Shown here piece after piece: positions 36,349-44,667 of a stretch of 64,000 nt of DNA. The position numbers and the translations under genes are program-made. This stretch comes from a virus, in the IMG/VR virus record IMGVR_UViG_3300023184_004051, positions 1 through 64,000 of that record, one strand, 5' to 3'. The notes under the pieces were generated by a model. It was not told the origin of the DNA and ran no database searches. It was given only the letters and a program-made list of their open reading frames with translations. Every line of letters begins with the position of its first letter. Positions within the stretch are counted from its first letter, which is position 1.

Positions 36349-38493
36349 GTGCTGAAACCGACAACGGATTTGACCGCCGTAAGCCTCTTTGCAGGGGTTG
36401 GCGGGTTTGACTTGGCATTAGAGCGACAAGGCGTAAAAGTCGTCGCTGCGGTGGAAATAGACAAGAACGCCAGAGGGGTTCTTGCACACCGTTTTCCAAA
36501 CAGCACGCTCTTTCCCGATGTCACGGAGGTCACAGGTGAGCAACTTATTTCAGCAGGATTTGTTCCCGAACGAGGCATCCTCACCGGAGGCTTCCCCTGC
36601 CAAGACCTCAGCGTTGCTGGAAAACGGGCCGGTTTGGCTGGCAAGCGTTCTGGCCTCTTTTGGGAAATCGCTCGCCTCATTGACGAACTCACGCCGCAAT
36701 ACTTCATCCTCGAAAATGTCCCCGGTCTTTTGTCATCTAACAGAGGACAAGACTTTGGAGCCGTTCTCGGGGCGCTGGTTGAGCGCGGGTACGGGGTCAC
36801 CTACCGAGTTTTGGATGCTCAATACTTTGGAGTCCCCCAACGCCGCCGTCGAGTGTTCATTGTCGGAAGTTTTGGAGATACCGGGGCCACAACTAGTGAA
36901 ATACTCGCTCTCTCCGAGGGCTTGTCAGGGTATCTTGAACAGAGCATCAAGAAGGAACAAGAAACTTCCACCACTCCTAAACGCCGCACTAGAAGCGGTG
37001 GCGCAGAAGGAAGCGTGACTTCACCACAAACGCTGGCATTTGACACGCAGTTTGGGTCTAACGCAAATGTGTTTGAGGACATTTCACCAACCCTGAAGGC
37101 TTCGCAGGCAGCGCCAAGTTTCACCGAAGTCGGTATGGAGCCGATTTTCTTTGACAGCGCCACTCACGGGGATGGCGCTCGTATTGCTGAAAAGACCATT
37201 CCAACTTTGACTTCCCGTATGGGAACGGGCGGGAATAACACCCCCCTTGTCGCCTACGCCGACCCAATCATCGGCATTGACCAAGAACTCAATGCCCGTG
37301 AGAACATCATTGGCTCGCTCGTCGCCGGTGCAAATAGCGGAACGCAAATACAGGCAGTTGCCTACTCGGTGCGTGAGGATGCACAGAGCAACACTTTCAG
37401 CGCAACCGAACTCTCGGCAGTCAACGCCTTGCAAGCCCACCAACCATCACCACAAAGTCATCACGCTCAAACCTTCATCGTGGAAGTCGAGCCGACGATT
37501 TTTCCAATCCAAGATGGTCGAGAGATGAACCACCAGCAGAACGGCATCGGCGTGGGTAGTGAAAACGACCCCGCCTACACCCTCCTTGCCACAGGCGGTC
37601 AAAGCATCGCAACAGTTTCGCCCGCAATCACCTCAACCGTTCGTCGCCTCACTCCAAAGGAGTGTGAGCGGCTTCAAGGATTTCCCACCGTAGAAAACAT
37701 TGGTATTATTGAGTGGTGTTCAGACCCTCTAAAGAACTATGTGGATGCGGAAAACCAAAATCCCAAGTCGCCATCACCTGCTTTGAGTGTCGCAAACGAA
37801 CAGCCGAGCGAGACTGCGAAATCTGCGGAAAACATTTCACCTACAAACGCTCATCAAACCGCCGAACCTGCTCTGGTCAATGTGGAAGTCAACTGCGAGG
37901 GCGAAATGCTGGAAATACACAGTCAAGGAAAGTTGATATTGTCTGTGAATACTGCGGAGAAGTCAAGCAGGTCAGCCCATCCTCTGCTAAACGCAGATTT
38001 TGTTCCACGGCTTGTGCTTACATTGCAAACTCTGGGTCTAATAACGCTCAATGGCAAGGTGGCATCACCAACGAGCGAGACAAGTTTGACAACAGTAAAG
38101 AGTGGCGTGCCGTTCGTAAGGCTGTCTGGCAACGAGATGACGCTACTTGCCAAAGATGTCGTATCCGATTTGACCATACAACACCCACCTACCACACCCA
38201 CCACATTGTTCCTTTCGGACACGAACCACTTAGAACAGAACTTACAAACCTTGTGTTGCTCTGTAATCCCTGCCATCATTGGGTTCACTCAAACGCCAAC
38301 CAACGGGGTGACTACTTACAGGTTCCACCTACGGGCGAAGCAACCGTGGACAGAGTTCCGCATTGACGAAAAGAAGGGTTTGATTTCACAAGCCGACGCT
38401 CCCCGCTACAAGCAAATGGGAAATGCCGTTGCTGTTCCCTGTGTCGAATGGATTGTGAAGCGGCTCGTTGAGATTGACAGGGCTACGAGGTGA
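36349..38493 (+). CDS. C5-cytosine DNA methyltransferase with in-frame insertion
   Basis: SLFAGVGG, GGFPCQDLS, ENVPG, PQRRRRVF, RRLTPKECERLQGFP...WT...RYKQMGNAVAVP. Confidence 0.92.
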   Translation: MLKPTTDLTAVSLFAGVGGFDLALERQGVKVVAAVEIDKNARGVLAHRFPNSTLFPDVTEVTGEQLISAGFVPERGILTGGFPCQDLSVAGKRAGLAGKRSGLFWEIARLIDELTPQYFILENVPGLLSSNRGQDFGAVLGALVERGYGVTYRVLDAQYFGVPQRRRRVFIVGSFGDTGATTSEILALSEGLSGYLEQSIKKEQETSTTPKRRTRSGGAEGSVTSPQTLAFDTQFGSNANVFEDISPTLKASQAAPSFTEVGMEPIFFDSATHGDGARIAEKTIPTLTSRMGTGGNNTPLVAYADPIIGIDQELNARENIIGSLVAGANSGTQIQAVAYSVREDAQSNTFSATELSAVNALQAHQPSPQSHHAQTFIVEVEPTIFPIQDGREMNHQQNGIGVGSENDPAYTLLATGGQSIATVSPAITSTVRRLTPKECERLQGFPTVENIGIIEWCSDPLKNYVDAENQNPKSPSPALSVANEQPSETAKSAENISPTNAHQTAEPALVNVEVNCEGEMLEIHSQGKLILSVNTAEKSSRSAHPLLNADFVPRLVLTLQTLGLITLNGKVASPTSETSLTTVKSGVPFVRLSGNEMTLLAKDVVSDLTIQHPPTTPTTLFLSDTNHLEQNLQTLCCSVIPAIIGFTQTPTNGVTTYRFHLRAKQPWTEFRIDEKKGLISQADAPRYKQMGNAVAVPCVEWIVKRLVEIDRATR
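37716..38366 (+). CDS. HNH endonuclease with zinc ribbons, nested out of frame in the C5 methyltransferase
   Basis: Several CxxC motifs, WQGG, W.AVRKAVWQRD..TCQRC, HHIVP...NLVLLCNPCH..VH; TATTAT-N6-GTG start. Confidence 0.88.
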   Translation: MFRPSKELCGCGKPKSQVAITCFECRKRTAERDCEICGKHFTYKRSSNRRTCSGQCGSQLRGRNAGNTQSRKVDIVCEYCGEVKQVSPSSAKRRFCSTACAYIANSGSNNAQWQGGITNERDKFDNSKEWRAVRKAVWQRDDATCQRCRIRFDHTTPTYHTHHIVPFGHEPLRTELTNLVLLCNPCHHWVHSNANQRGDYLQVPPTGEATVDRVPH

Positions 38494-39497
38494 AATCAAC
38501 CATCCTTCTAGGCGATGTTCGGAAGCGCCTTTTGGAAATCCCTGACGAGACAATCCAAACCGTAATCACCTCCCCGCCTTACTTTGGCTTACGGGACTAT
38601 GGGGTAGACGGTCAGATAGGTTTGGAAAAATCACCTGAGGACTTCGTGGATGCACTTGTTGAGTTGTTCCGTGAAGTCCGCCGTGTGCTGAAATCTGATG
38701 GAACAGTCTGGCTCAACTTGGGCGACAGTTATTGGGGCGGTAAGGGTCAGTCTGCGAATGGCGGTGCTGAACACCAAGCGGAGAGAGCGAAGCGTGGCGC
38801 AAGCCTCAACCAAGCGCATCAAACGCTCGGTGGTAAAAACCAAACCCGACCAACCGACGGGAAACACCACACCATCAAGCCCAAAGACCTCATCGGCATC
38901 CCGTGGCGTGTCGCTTTTGCCCTACAGGATGACGGCTGGTATTTGCGCTCAGACATCATTTGGTCAAAACCGAACCCAATGCCTGAAGCAATGAAAGACC
39001 GGCCTACAAAGGCTCACGAGTATCTGTTCTTGCTTTCCAAATCACCAAAGTATTACTACGACCACAATGCCATCAGAGAACCGCTTAGTGAGGCCACAAA
39101 AAAGCGTGACCTTGCCCCAAGGGGGCGCTCCCAAAATGGAGGCGGTAGTGAAAAGAGTATGGCTGGATATTCTTACACACCCGAACTTGGAAATATGACG
39201 AGCAACCCACTAGGGCGCAACCGCCGTTCGGTTTGGAGCATCAACACAAAACCATTCAAGGGCGCTCACTTTGCGGTAATGCCCGAAGCCCTTGTAGAGC
39301 CGTGTGTCCTTGCCGGTTCAGCACAGGGGGACACAGTTCTTGACCCCTTTATGGGAAGCGGAACGGTTGCTGTTGTGGCGAACCGTTTTGGAAGGAACTT
39401 CGTGGGAACCGAACTCAACCCTGCATATGCTGAAATCGCCAAGACGAGGATTGTGGATGCAGCCCCCTTACTCAATGAGGTGAACATCGTTGACTAA
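38490..39497 (+). CDS. DNA methyltransferase (N4-C/N6-A)
   Basis: TSPPY, WLNLGDSY, HFAVMP, VLDPFMGSGT. Confidence 0.93.
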   Translation: MKSTILLGDVRKRLLEIPDETIQTVITSPPYFGLRDYGVDGQIGLEKSPEDFVDALVELFREVRRVLKSDGTVWLNLGDSYWGGKGQSANGGAEHQAERAKRGASLNQAHQTLGGKNQTRPTDGKHHTIKPKDLIGIPWRVAFALQDDGWYLRSDIIWSKPNPMPEAMKDRPTKAHEYLFLLSKSPKYYYDHNAIREPLSEATKKRDLAPRGRSQNGGGSEKSMAGYSYTPELGNMTSNPLGRNRRSVWSINTKPFKGAHFAVMPEALVEPCVLAGSAQGDTVLDPFMGSGTVAVVANRFGRNFVGTELNPAYAEIAKTRIVDAAPLLNEVNIVD

Positions 39498-40593
39498 TGC
39501 CCGTATCCTCATTGGCGATGCCCGCAAGCGTCTTGCTGAAATCCCTGATGGCTCAGTTCGTTGCGCCGTGACTTCACCACCCTATTTTGGATTGCGTGAC
39601 TACGGGACTTCAGATTACGAAGGTGGCGACCCGAACTGCGAACACACGATTTCAGCGACAGATGCGGATGGGAAAGCGGTCTTTGCCGAGCGTGTGACCC
39701 GTGGTGATAGGTCTGCTTGCCTGAAGTGTGGGGCTACCCGTGTTGACAGCCAAATGGGTTTGGAACAAACTCCTGCCGCCTATGTTAGTGAAATGGTTGG
39801 CTTGTTCCGTGAGGTCAAGCGTGTTCTTGCTGATGACGGAACCCTGTGGCTCAACCTCGGAGACTCCTATGCGGGAGGTGGTGGTGGAAACTACAACAAG
39901 ACCGGCATCTCCCAAGCGGGCGGTCAGCACATCGCCAATGTCCGCAATCGCCCAGATTGGTTGCAAAACGCTGGTGTAAAGCCGAAGGACTTGATGGGTG
40001 TTCCTTGGCGAGTGGCTCTCGGATTACAGCAAGACGGTTGGTACCTCCGCAGCGACATCATTTGGCACAAGCCCAATCCGATGCCTGAGAGCGTCACCGA
40101 CAGGCCGACCAAAGCCCACGAGTATGTCTTTCTCCTTTCCAAATCACCTAAATACTTCTACGACTACGAAGCGGTCAAAGAGGATGGCGTGATGCCCGCC
40201 GGATACAAAGCGGCAAAGGGAAGTGCTGAAAGGTATGGGATGGAGGGCGTGAACGCTCGACCACCGGAATACAAGGTCTATGACGGGAAGCGGAACCGCA
40301 GGTCGGTTTGGACAATAAACACCAAGCCGTTCAAGGGAGCGCATTTTGCCGTGATGCCAGAGGCGTTGGTGGAACCGTGCGTCTTGGCAGGCTCGGAAAT
40401 CGGGGATACGGTGCTTGACCCTTTCACCGGAAGTGGGACTGTAGCCGTCGTAGCAATGCGTTTTGGAAGGCACTTCATCGGCACAGAACTGAACCCTGAG
40501 TATGGTGAAATCGCTCGCACACGGATTGAGGGCGACCAACCTCTAATGAACAATGTTGTTTTGGACTTCAGCACAAAGGCGACAAATGACTGA
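39490..40593 (+). CDS. DNA methyltransferase (N4-C/N6-A), tandem paralog
   Basis: TSPPY, WLNLGDSY, HFAVMP, VLDPFTGSGT; extra CxH...CxxC loop. Confidence 0.93.
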   Translation: MTNARILIGDARKRLAEIPDGSVRCAVTSPPYFGLRDYGTSDYEGGDPNCEHTISATDADGKAVFAERVTRGDRSACLKCGATRVDSQMGLEQTPAAYVSEMVGLFREVKRVLADDGTLWLNLGDSYAGGGGGNYNKTGISQAGGQHIANVRNRPDWLQNAGVKPKDLMGVPWRVALGLQQDGWYLRSDIIWHKPNPMPESVTDRPTKAHEYVFLLSKSPKYFYDYEAVKEDGVMPAGYKAAKGSAERYGMEGVNARPPEYKVYDGKRNRRSVWTINTKPFKGAHFAVMPEALVEPCVLAGSEIGDTVLDPFTGSGTVAVVAMRFGRHFIGTELNPEYGEIARTRIEGDQPLMNNVVLDFSTKATND

Positions 40594-40771
40594 ACTCAAC
40601 GAAGGCGAGAAGCGGCTGGTTGGTTTGGAAGTAGGCCCACAGTTCAGCGCAAAAATCTATGAGGAAGTTGACTATTCCTTCCACATTGTTTTCACTAGCG
40701 ACGACTTTGCTAGCCTTGCCGAAGCCCAAGGCTTCATTGAGCGTGTGGCGAAAGGATTACGGAATGTCTAA
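40586..40771 (+). CDS. Hypothetical protein
   Basis: Coupled ORF. Confidence 0.55.
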   Translation: MTELNEGEKRLVGLEVGPQFSAKIYEEVDYSFHIVFTSDDFASLAEAQGFIERVAKGLRNV

Positions 40772-40934
40772 GTGTGCGAACACCAAACACAAATGGATTG
40801 TGATGACGATGGCGGGGAATGGGAACAAGGTCTTTATCACCTGTAGCCTCTGCCCAGAGCGGTTCCCGTTTGGCGTTGAGCAGAATGGCGTTCGTTTCAC
40901 CGGAAAACTCCCACAGAAATACTTGGTTGACTGA
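40764..40934 (+). CDS. Small zinc-ribbon protein
   Basis: C....HKW...CSLC. Confidence 0.55.
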   Translation: MSKCANTKHKWIVMTMAGNGNKVFITCSLCPERFPFGVEQNGVRFTGKLPQKYLVD

Positions 40935-41197
40935 TGCGTAAGAAAGCCCTTCAAGAACAAGTTGCCGAAAATCAGCAGACCATCAAAGCATTGGTTCGTC
41001 AGAATGAAGTCCTCACGATTGCCGGAAGTGAGATGCGGGTCATCATTGGTGAAAAGAATGATGAGTTAGCCGTCTACAAAAAGGCGTTCCAAAACGCGGC
41101 AGGGCGCTTGGCCGCTCACAACGGAGTTTCACCTGACGATGCCTCGGCGTTCGCTGCACAACTCCTTCAAGATGTGGTTCTCAATCCTGAGTTCTAA
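40934..41197 (+). CDS. Coiled-coil hypothetical protein
   Basis: TGATG coupling. Confidence 0.6.
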   Translation: MRKKALQEQVAENQQTIKALVRQNEVLTIAGSEMRVIIGEKNDELAVYKKAFQNAAGRLAAHNGVSPDDASAFAAQLLQDVVLNPEF

Positions 41198-41276
41198 GAT
41201 GTTTCAGCAAAGGCCCTGTTTCAGGGGGGATGAAACAAACCTTGCTCTCTTTCACCAACAGGGATAGGATTTGGCT

Positions 41277-41414
41277 ATGAGTGAAACCGTTGAGTTATGT
41301 GGGGCTTGCGGCGCTGCGGTTGAGGAAGTTCTTGGCGAACTTCGTCATCAGCGCACCCGAGCCAAAGCCTGCGACCTTGATGACCCCTCTAGCCTGAGCG
41401 CCCAAAGAAAGTAG
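41277..41414 (+). CDS. 45-aa CxxC protein (not in ORF track)
   Basis: TAGGAT-N6-ATG; MSETVELCGACGAAV...H...C. Confidence 0.5.
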   Translation: MSETVELCGACGAAVEEVLGELRHQRTRAKACDLDDPSSLSAQRK

Positions 41415-41463
41415 TAGATGTCTAGTTTCGTTTGAGTTTTGGAAGTAGCATCAGGCTCATCTA

Positions 41464-41865
41464 GTGAAAAGGATGCCTGTGCTTCTGAACGGAGACAACT
41501 ACACCACACGAACGGGCAACGATGTTGTTCGATACATCTCGTGGCATTGGAAACAGTTGGGCTATCCGCCTTCCATCCGCACCATTGGCAAAGCCGTCGG
41601 TATCAGCAGTACCTCGACAATGCAACAGGTTCTCAAAGATTTGGAACGGCAGGGCAAGATTATCCGTGACCCCTATCACCGGAGCGTGAAAGTGGTGAAC
41701 GGAAAGACCCCCGAAGTCTGCGAGCACGATTGGCGCACCCAAGATACAAGTGCTGGAATAATCCGTGTCATCTGCGTAGCCTGTTTCCGTGAGACTGAGT
41801 TTGAGTTTCAGCCCGACCCTGAGCAACCTTCAACTTGGATGCGTTTCGTGGGTGAAGTGCAGTAA
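41464..41865 (+). CDS. LexA-type winged-helix DNA-binding domain fused to a zinc ribbon
   Basis: GYPPSIRTIGKAVGISSTST...L..LERQG.I.RDP; CEHDW...CVAC; no S24 peptidase domain. Confidence 0.82.
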   Translation: MKRMPVLLNGDNYTTRTGNDVVRYISWHWKQLGYPPSIRTIGKAVGISSTSTMQQVLKDLERQGKIIRDPYHRSVKVVNGKTPEVCEHDWRTQDTSAGIIRVICVACFRETEFEFQPDPEQPSTWMRFVGEVQ

Positions 41866-41912
41866 AGCGACAGGGGTGTGATAACATCATTACAGCAACC
41901 CCCCTACAAGGA

Positions 41913-42179
41913 GTGGCAACTATGTCCGAACCATTAGACGTTCTCGTAGACCGCGTTCACAAGGCACTTGTTCACGATGCCTACGAAACGAACGACATCA
42001 CCAGCCTGCTCAACATCGTGCTTCGTCAGAAAGACACGATTGGCGAGTTGGCCGCCGACAATCAGCGCCTCACCGAGGCTCTTGGCATTGCCGGTCAGCA
42101 CATTGAGAAGTTGGAAGGCAAGTTGGACTCTATTGAGCCAATGACCCACCTCGTTCAGTATGCCGAGGGTAGCAACTGA
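41913..42179 (+). CDS. Coiled-coil hypothetical protein
   Basis: AAGGAG RBS. Confidence 0.65.
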   Translation: MATMSEPLDVLVDRVHKALVHDAYETNDITSLLNIVLRQKDTIGELAADNQRLTEALGIAGQHIEKLEGKLDSIEPMTHLVQYAEGSN

Positions 42180-42448
42180 TGTTCAGCAAAAAACTGAAGT
42201 GGTCGGAACTTGACAACTTTGGGCAGCGTGAGGCAAAGGATGACCCTTTCACCTTTATTGCGTGGCAGGGCAAGGAATACGCCGAACTGCGTCTTATCCG
42301 TCGTGACAACGAGGGTGGCATCATCGTCTACCTGCAAGATTTCAGTATCTACTGCCGTGACTTGCAAGCGGCGATGAGGCTTGCTGAAAAGGTCAACAAA
42401 GCCCTCCGCAAATCACGGGAATACAACAAGTTCCAAACCCTGTTCTAA
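42179..42448 (+). CDS. Hypothetical protein
   Basis: Coupled ORF. Confidence 0.6.
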   Translation: MFSKKLKWSELDNFGQREAKDDPFTFIAWQGKEYAELRLIRRDNEGGIIVYLQDFSIYCRDLQAAMRLAEKVNKALRKSREYNKFQTLF

Positions 42449-42486
42449 TCCTTGCCTTCGAGGTATCACCTTGCTAGGATGGCTTG

Positions 42487-43302
42487 ATGTCATCCACCCC
42501 TCTGTATCTCGGCCCTAAGCCCGACGGTGTTTCACCAAGCCGAGTGAACCAGATTGAGACTTGCCCTCGGCAATACCAATACAGTTCAGTGGAGAGACTT
42601 CCCGAAGCCAAAAAAATGGCGACCTATCGGGGGACTGTGTTCCACGCCATTTTGGAAACAGTGTTCCTCCGAACTGCTGAAAACCCCGAACTGCGAACGA
42701 TTGACTACACGCTGGATGTAATGCGTGAGATGTTGCCCGAACTTGTCAGTGACGAGATTGCTGCTGAAATGGAACTTGATGAGATTGCTCGTCAGGTGTT
42801 CACCCGTGACCTCGCCAAATACATCCGCACCTACTTCACGATGGAGAACCCTGCTGAAATCCAAAGCGAGGGTATCGAAATCAGGTTGGATTTGGATATG
42901 GGTGGGTTTGGACTGCGTGGCATCCTAGACCGCCTAGACCGTGATGCTGATGGCTCCCTCGCCATTGTGGACTACAAGACCGGCAAAGTGCCTCAGGACA
43001 AATACAAGGCTTCAGCACTCCTTCCTGCCAAAATCTACGCCTACCTGTGCGAGCAAGTCTTAGGTGAACGCCCCAAGCAAATCCGCTTGCTCTATGTGCA
43101 GTTTGGAAAAACCCTCACGGTTGATGTCACTGATGCTGATGTTGCCTATGCTGAAAAGCGGGTTCGTGAAGCGTGGGAAAAGATTGACGGCTGGTATGAA
43201 AGCGGTCACTTCCCTGCCATCAGAAACAACCTCTGCGACAAGTGGTGTTCGTTCAGGAACATCTGTCCGCTCTACTCCACAGCCGACGACTACCCGTTCT
43301 AA
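42487..43302 (+). CDS. RecB-family / Cas4-like PD-(D/E)XK exonuclease
   Basis: SPS...CPRQY, GTVFH..LE, LRGILDRLD, IVDYKTGK, C..WC.F..IC. Confidence 0.9.
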   Translation: MSSTPLYLGPKPDGVSPSRVNQIETCPRQYQYSSVERLPEAKKMATYRGTVFHAILETVFLRTAENPELRTIDYTLDVMREMLPELVSDEIAAEMELDEIARQVFTRDLAKYIRTYFTMENPAEIQSEGIEIRLDLDMGGFGLRGILDRLDRDADGSLAIVDYKTGKVPQDKYKASALLPAKIYAYLCEQVLGERPKQIRLLYVQFGKTLTVDVTDADVAYAEKRVREAWEKIDGWYESGHFPAIRNNLCDKWCSFRNICPLYSTADDYPF

Positions 43303-43420
43303 AGAGCGGTTGGGTGTGCTGAAAACACTCAACGGTTGACAAATCCAAAACAGCCCCTACTCTTAGAACTGTCAAGACCATTGGGTGTCATACCCGTGGT
43401 AAAGGTCGTAAGGAGTAAGA

Positions 43421-44197
43421 GTGGCACGCAAACTAGTGAAACTCAACATCAAGGAGACATCGGGTGTTGACCACCCGGCGCATCTCACTGAGGGTTGGGT
43501 AGTAATGAAGTCTGCAACTCCCTCCGATGTGACTGCGGTTCTTGACGAACTGCGCTTTGACGATGAGGTGGGTTCGCCTACTGAAATCGTTGAGGCTTCC
43601 AAGTCGGTATCCACCGATGAGGTAATCACAACCCCTGTTTCCAAGGAGGAAACTATGTCTTTCACCCCAGAGGTGTCGGCCCCAGAGGTCGTCATCATTC
43701 CTGAGGCTGCGAGCGAGGCTGAAATCATCAAGGCTATGCCTGCGGCAATCCGCAAGATGCTTGACGACGCTTCAGCAAACGCTGACGCAGCACTCCGTAA
43801 GGCCGCTGCAAGTGAAGCCGCCCTCATTGCCGAGCGTGAGGCTCGCGCCGACGAGGCCGCTGTTATCAAGGCTTCGCAATGGTCGCACCTTACCTTTGAC
43901 CCATCCATCGTCGGCCCTGCGCTTCGTCGCCTTGCTGAGTCCGATGGTGTTCTTGCGAACGAAATCGTGAAGGCACTTGACAGCGCCAACGAACTCGCCG
44001 CAACCAACGCAGTTTTCACTGAGGTCGGTTCAGAAGCCCCTGTTGCTGCTGACGACGCTTTCAGCAAGATGGAGAGCCTTGCCAAGTCACTCGTGGCTGA
44101 CGGCGTTGCCCCTTCGTTTGAGAGCGCCCTTATGTCAGTTGCTCAGAGCAACCCTGACCTCTACACCGCTTACATCAACGAAAAGGCAGGTCGCTAA
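43421..44197 (+). CDS. Capsid scaffolding protein with N-terminal protease strand
   Basis: MARKLVKLNIKETSGVDHPAH...VMKS; many K-[SA] junctions; NPDLYTAY C-terminus; lies before the decoration and capsid genes. Confidence 0.8.
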   Translation: MARKLVKLNIKETSGVDHPAHLTEGWVVMKSATPSDVTAVLDELRFDDEVGSPTEIVEASKSVSTDEVITTPVSKEETMSFTPEVSAPEVVIIPEAASEAEIIKAMPAAIRKMLDDASANADAALRKAAASEAALIAEREARADEAAVIKASQWSHLTFDPSIVGPALRRLAESDGVLANEIVKALDSANELAATNAVFTEVGSEAPVAADDAFSKMESLAKSLVADGVAPSFESALMSVAQSNPDLYTAYINEKAGR

Positions 44198-44649
44198 TGG
44201 CTTGGGAACAAAATCCATACGCAGTCAAGATTTCACTGGTCGCTAACGGTGACCTTTCGTCATCGCAATACAAGTTCGTGAAGTTGGATGGAAACGTGCT
44301 TACCGGCACTCCTGCCTGCGTTGTCGCTACCGCCGCAACGGACTACTGCATCGGCATCCTTCAGAACCAGCCTAAGAGCATCACCTCAGGTGGTTTCACT
44401 AACTACGGTGAGGCCGAAGTGACCATCTCGGGTATCACGAAGGTTGTTGCAGGTGCAACGAACATCGCCATCGGCGCTCGTTTGTCGGTTGACTCATCGG
44501 GTCGTGCCGTTCCTGTGACTGCCGCTGCCGCAACTACCAACTCCAAGTACATCTTTGGTACCGCACTCACGGCTTCGGGAAGTTCGGGAGCCACTGGAGA
44601 CATCATCACGATGGTCGTTTCCACCACCGCCGCCGTCTTGTCGGCATAG
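44197..44649 (+). CDS. Capsid decoration/cement protein (DUF2190-like)
   Basis: DLSSSQYKFVKL, IGILQNQP, GEAEV...GITKVVAG, GTAL.A...GDII. Confidence 0.8.
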   Translation: MAWEQNPYAVKISLVANGDLSSSQYKFVKLDGNVLTGTPACVVATAATDYCIGILQNQPKSITSGGFTNYGEAEVTISGITKVVAGATNIAIGARLSVDSSGRAVPVTAAAATTNSKYIFGTALTASGSSGATGDIITMVVSTTAAVLSA

Positions 44650-44667
44650 TCAGGAAAGGACTAGAAA

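Noticed and set aside
37687-38346. Intein or group I intron in the C5 methyltransferase
   Set aside because: No Cys/Ser start with His-Asn end in the MTase frame. The HNH ORF fills the insert and runs past its end, leaving no visible ribozyme core. Not formally excluded without RT-PCR.
42487-43302. Cas4 as part of a CRISPR-Cas system
   Set aside because: No other cas genes or array; stand-alone RecB/Cas4-like nucleases are common in actinophages.
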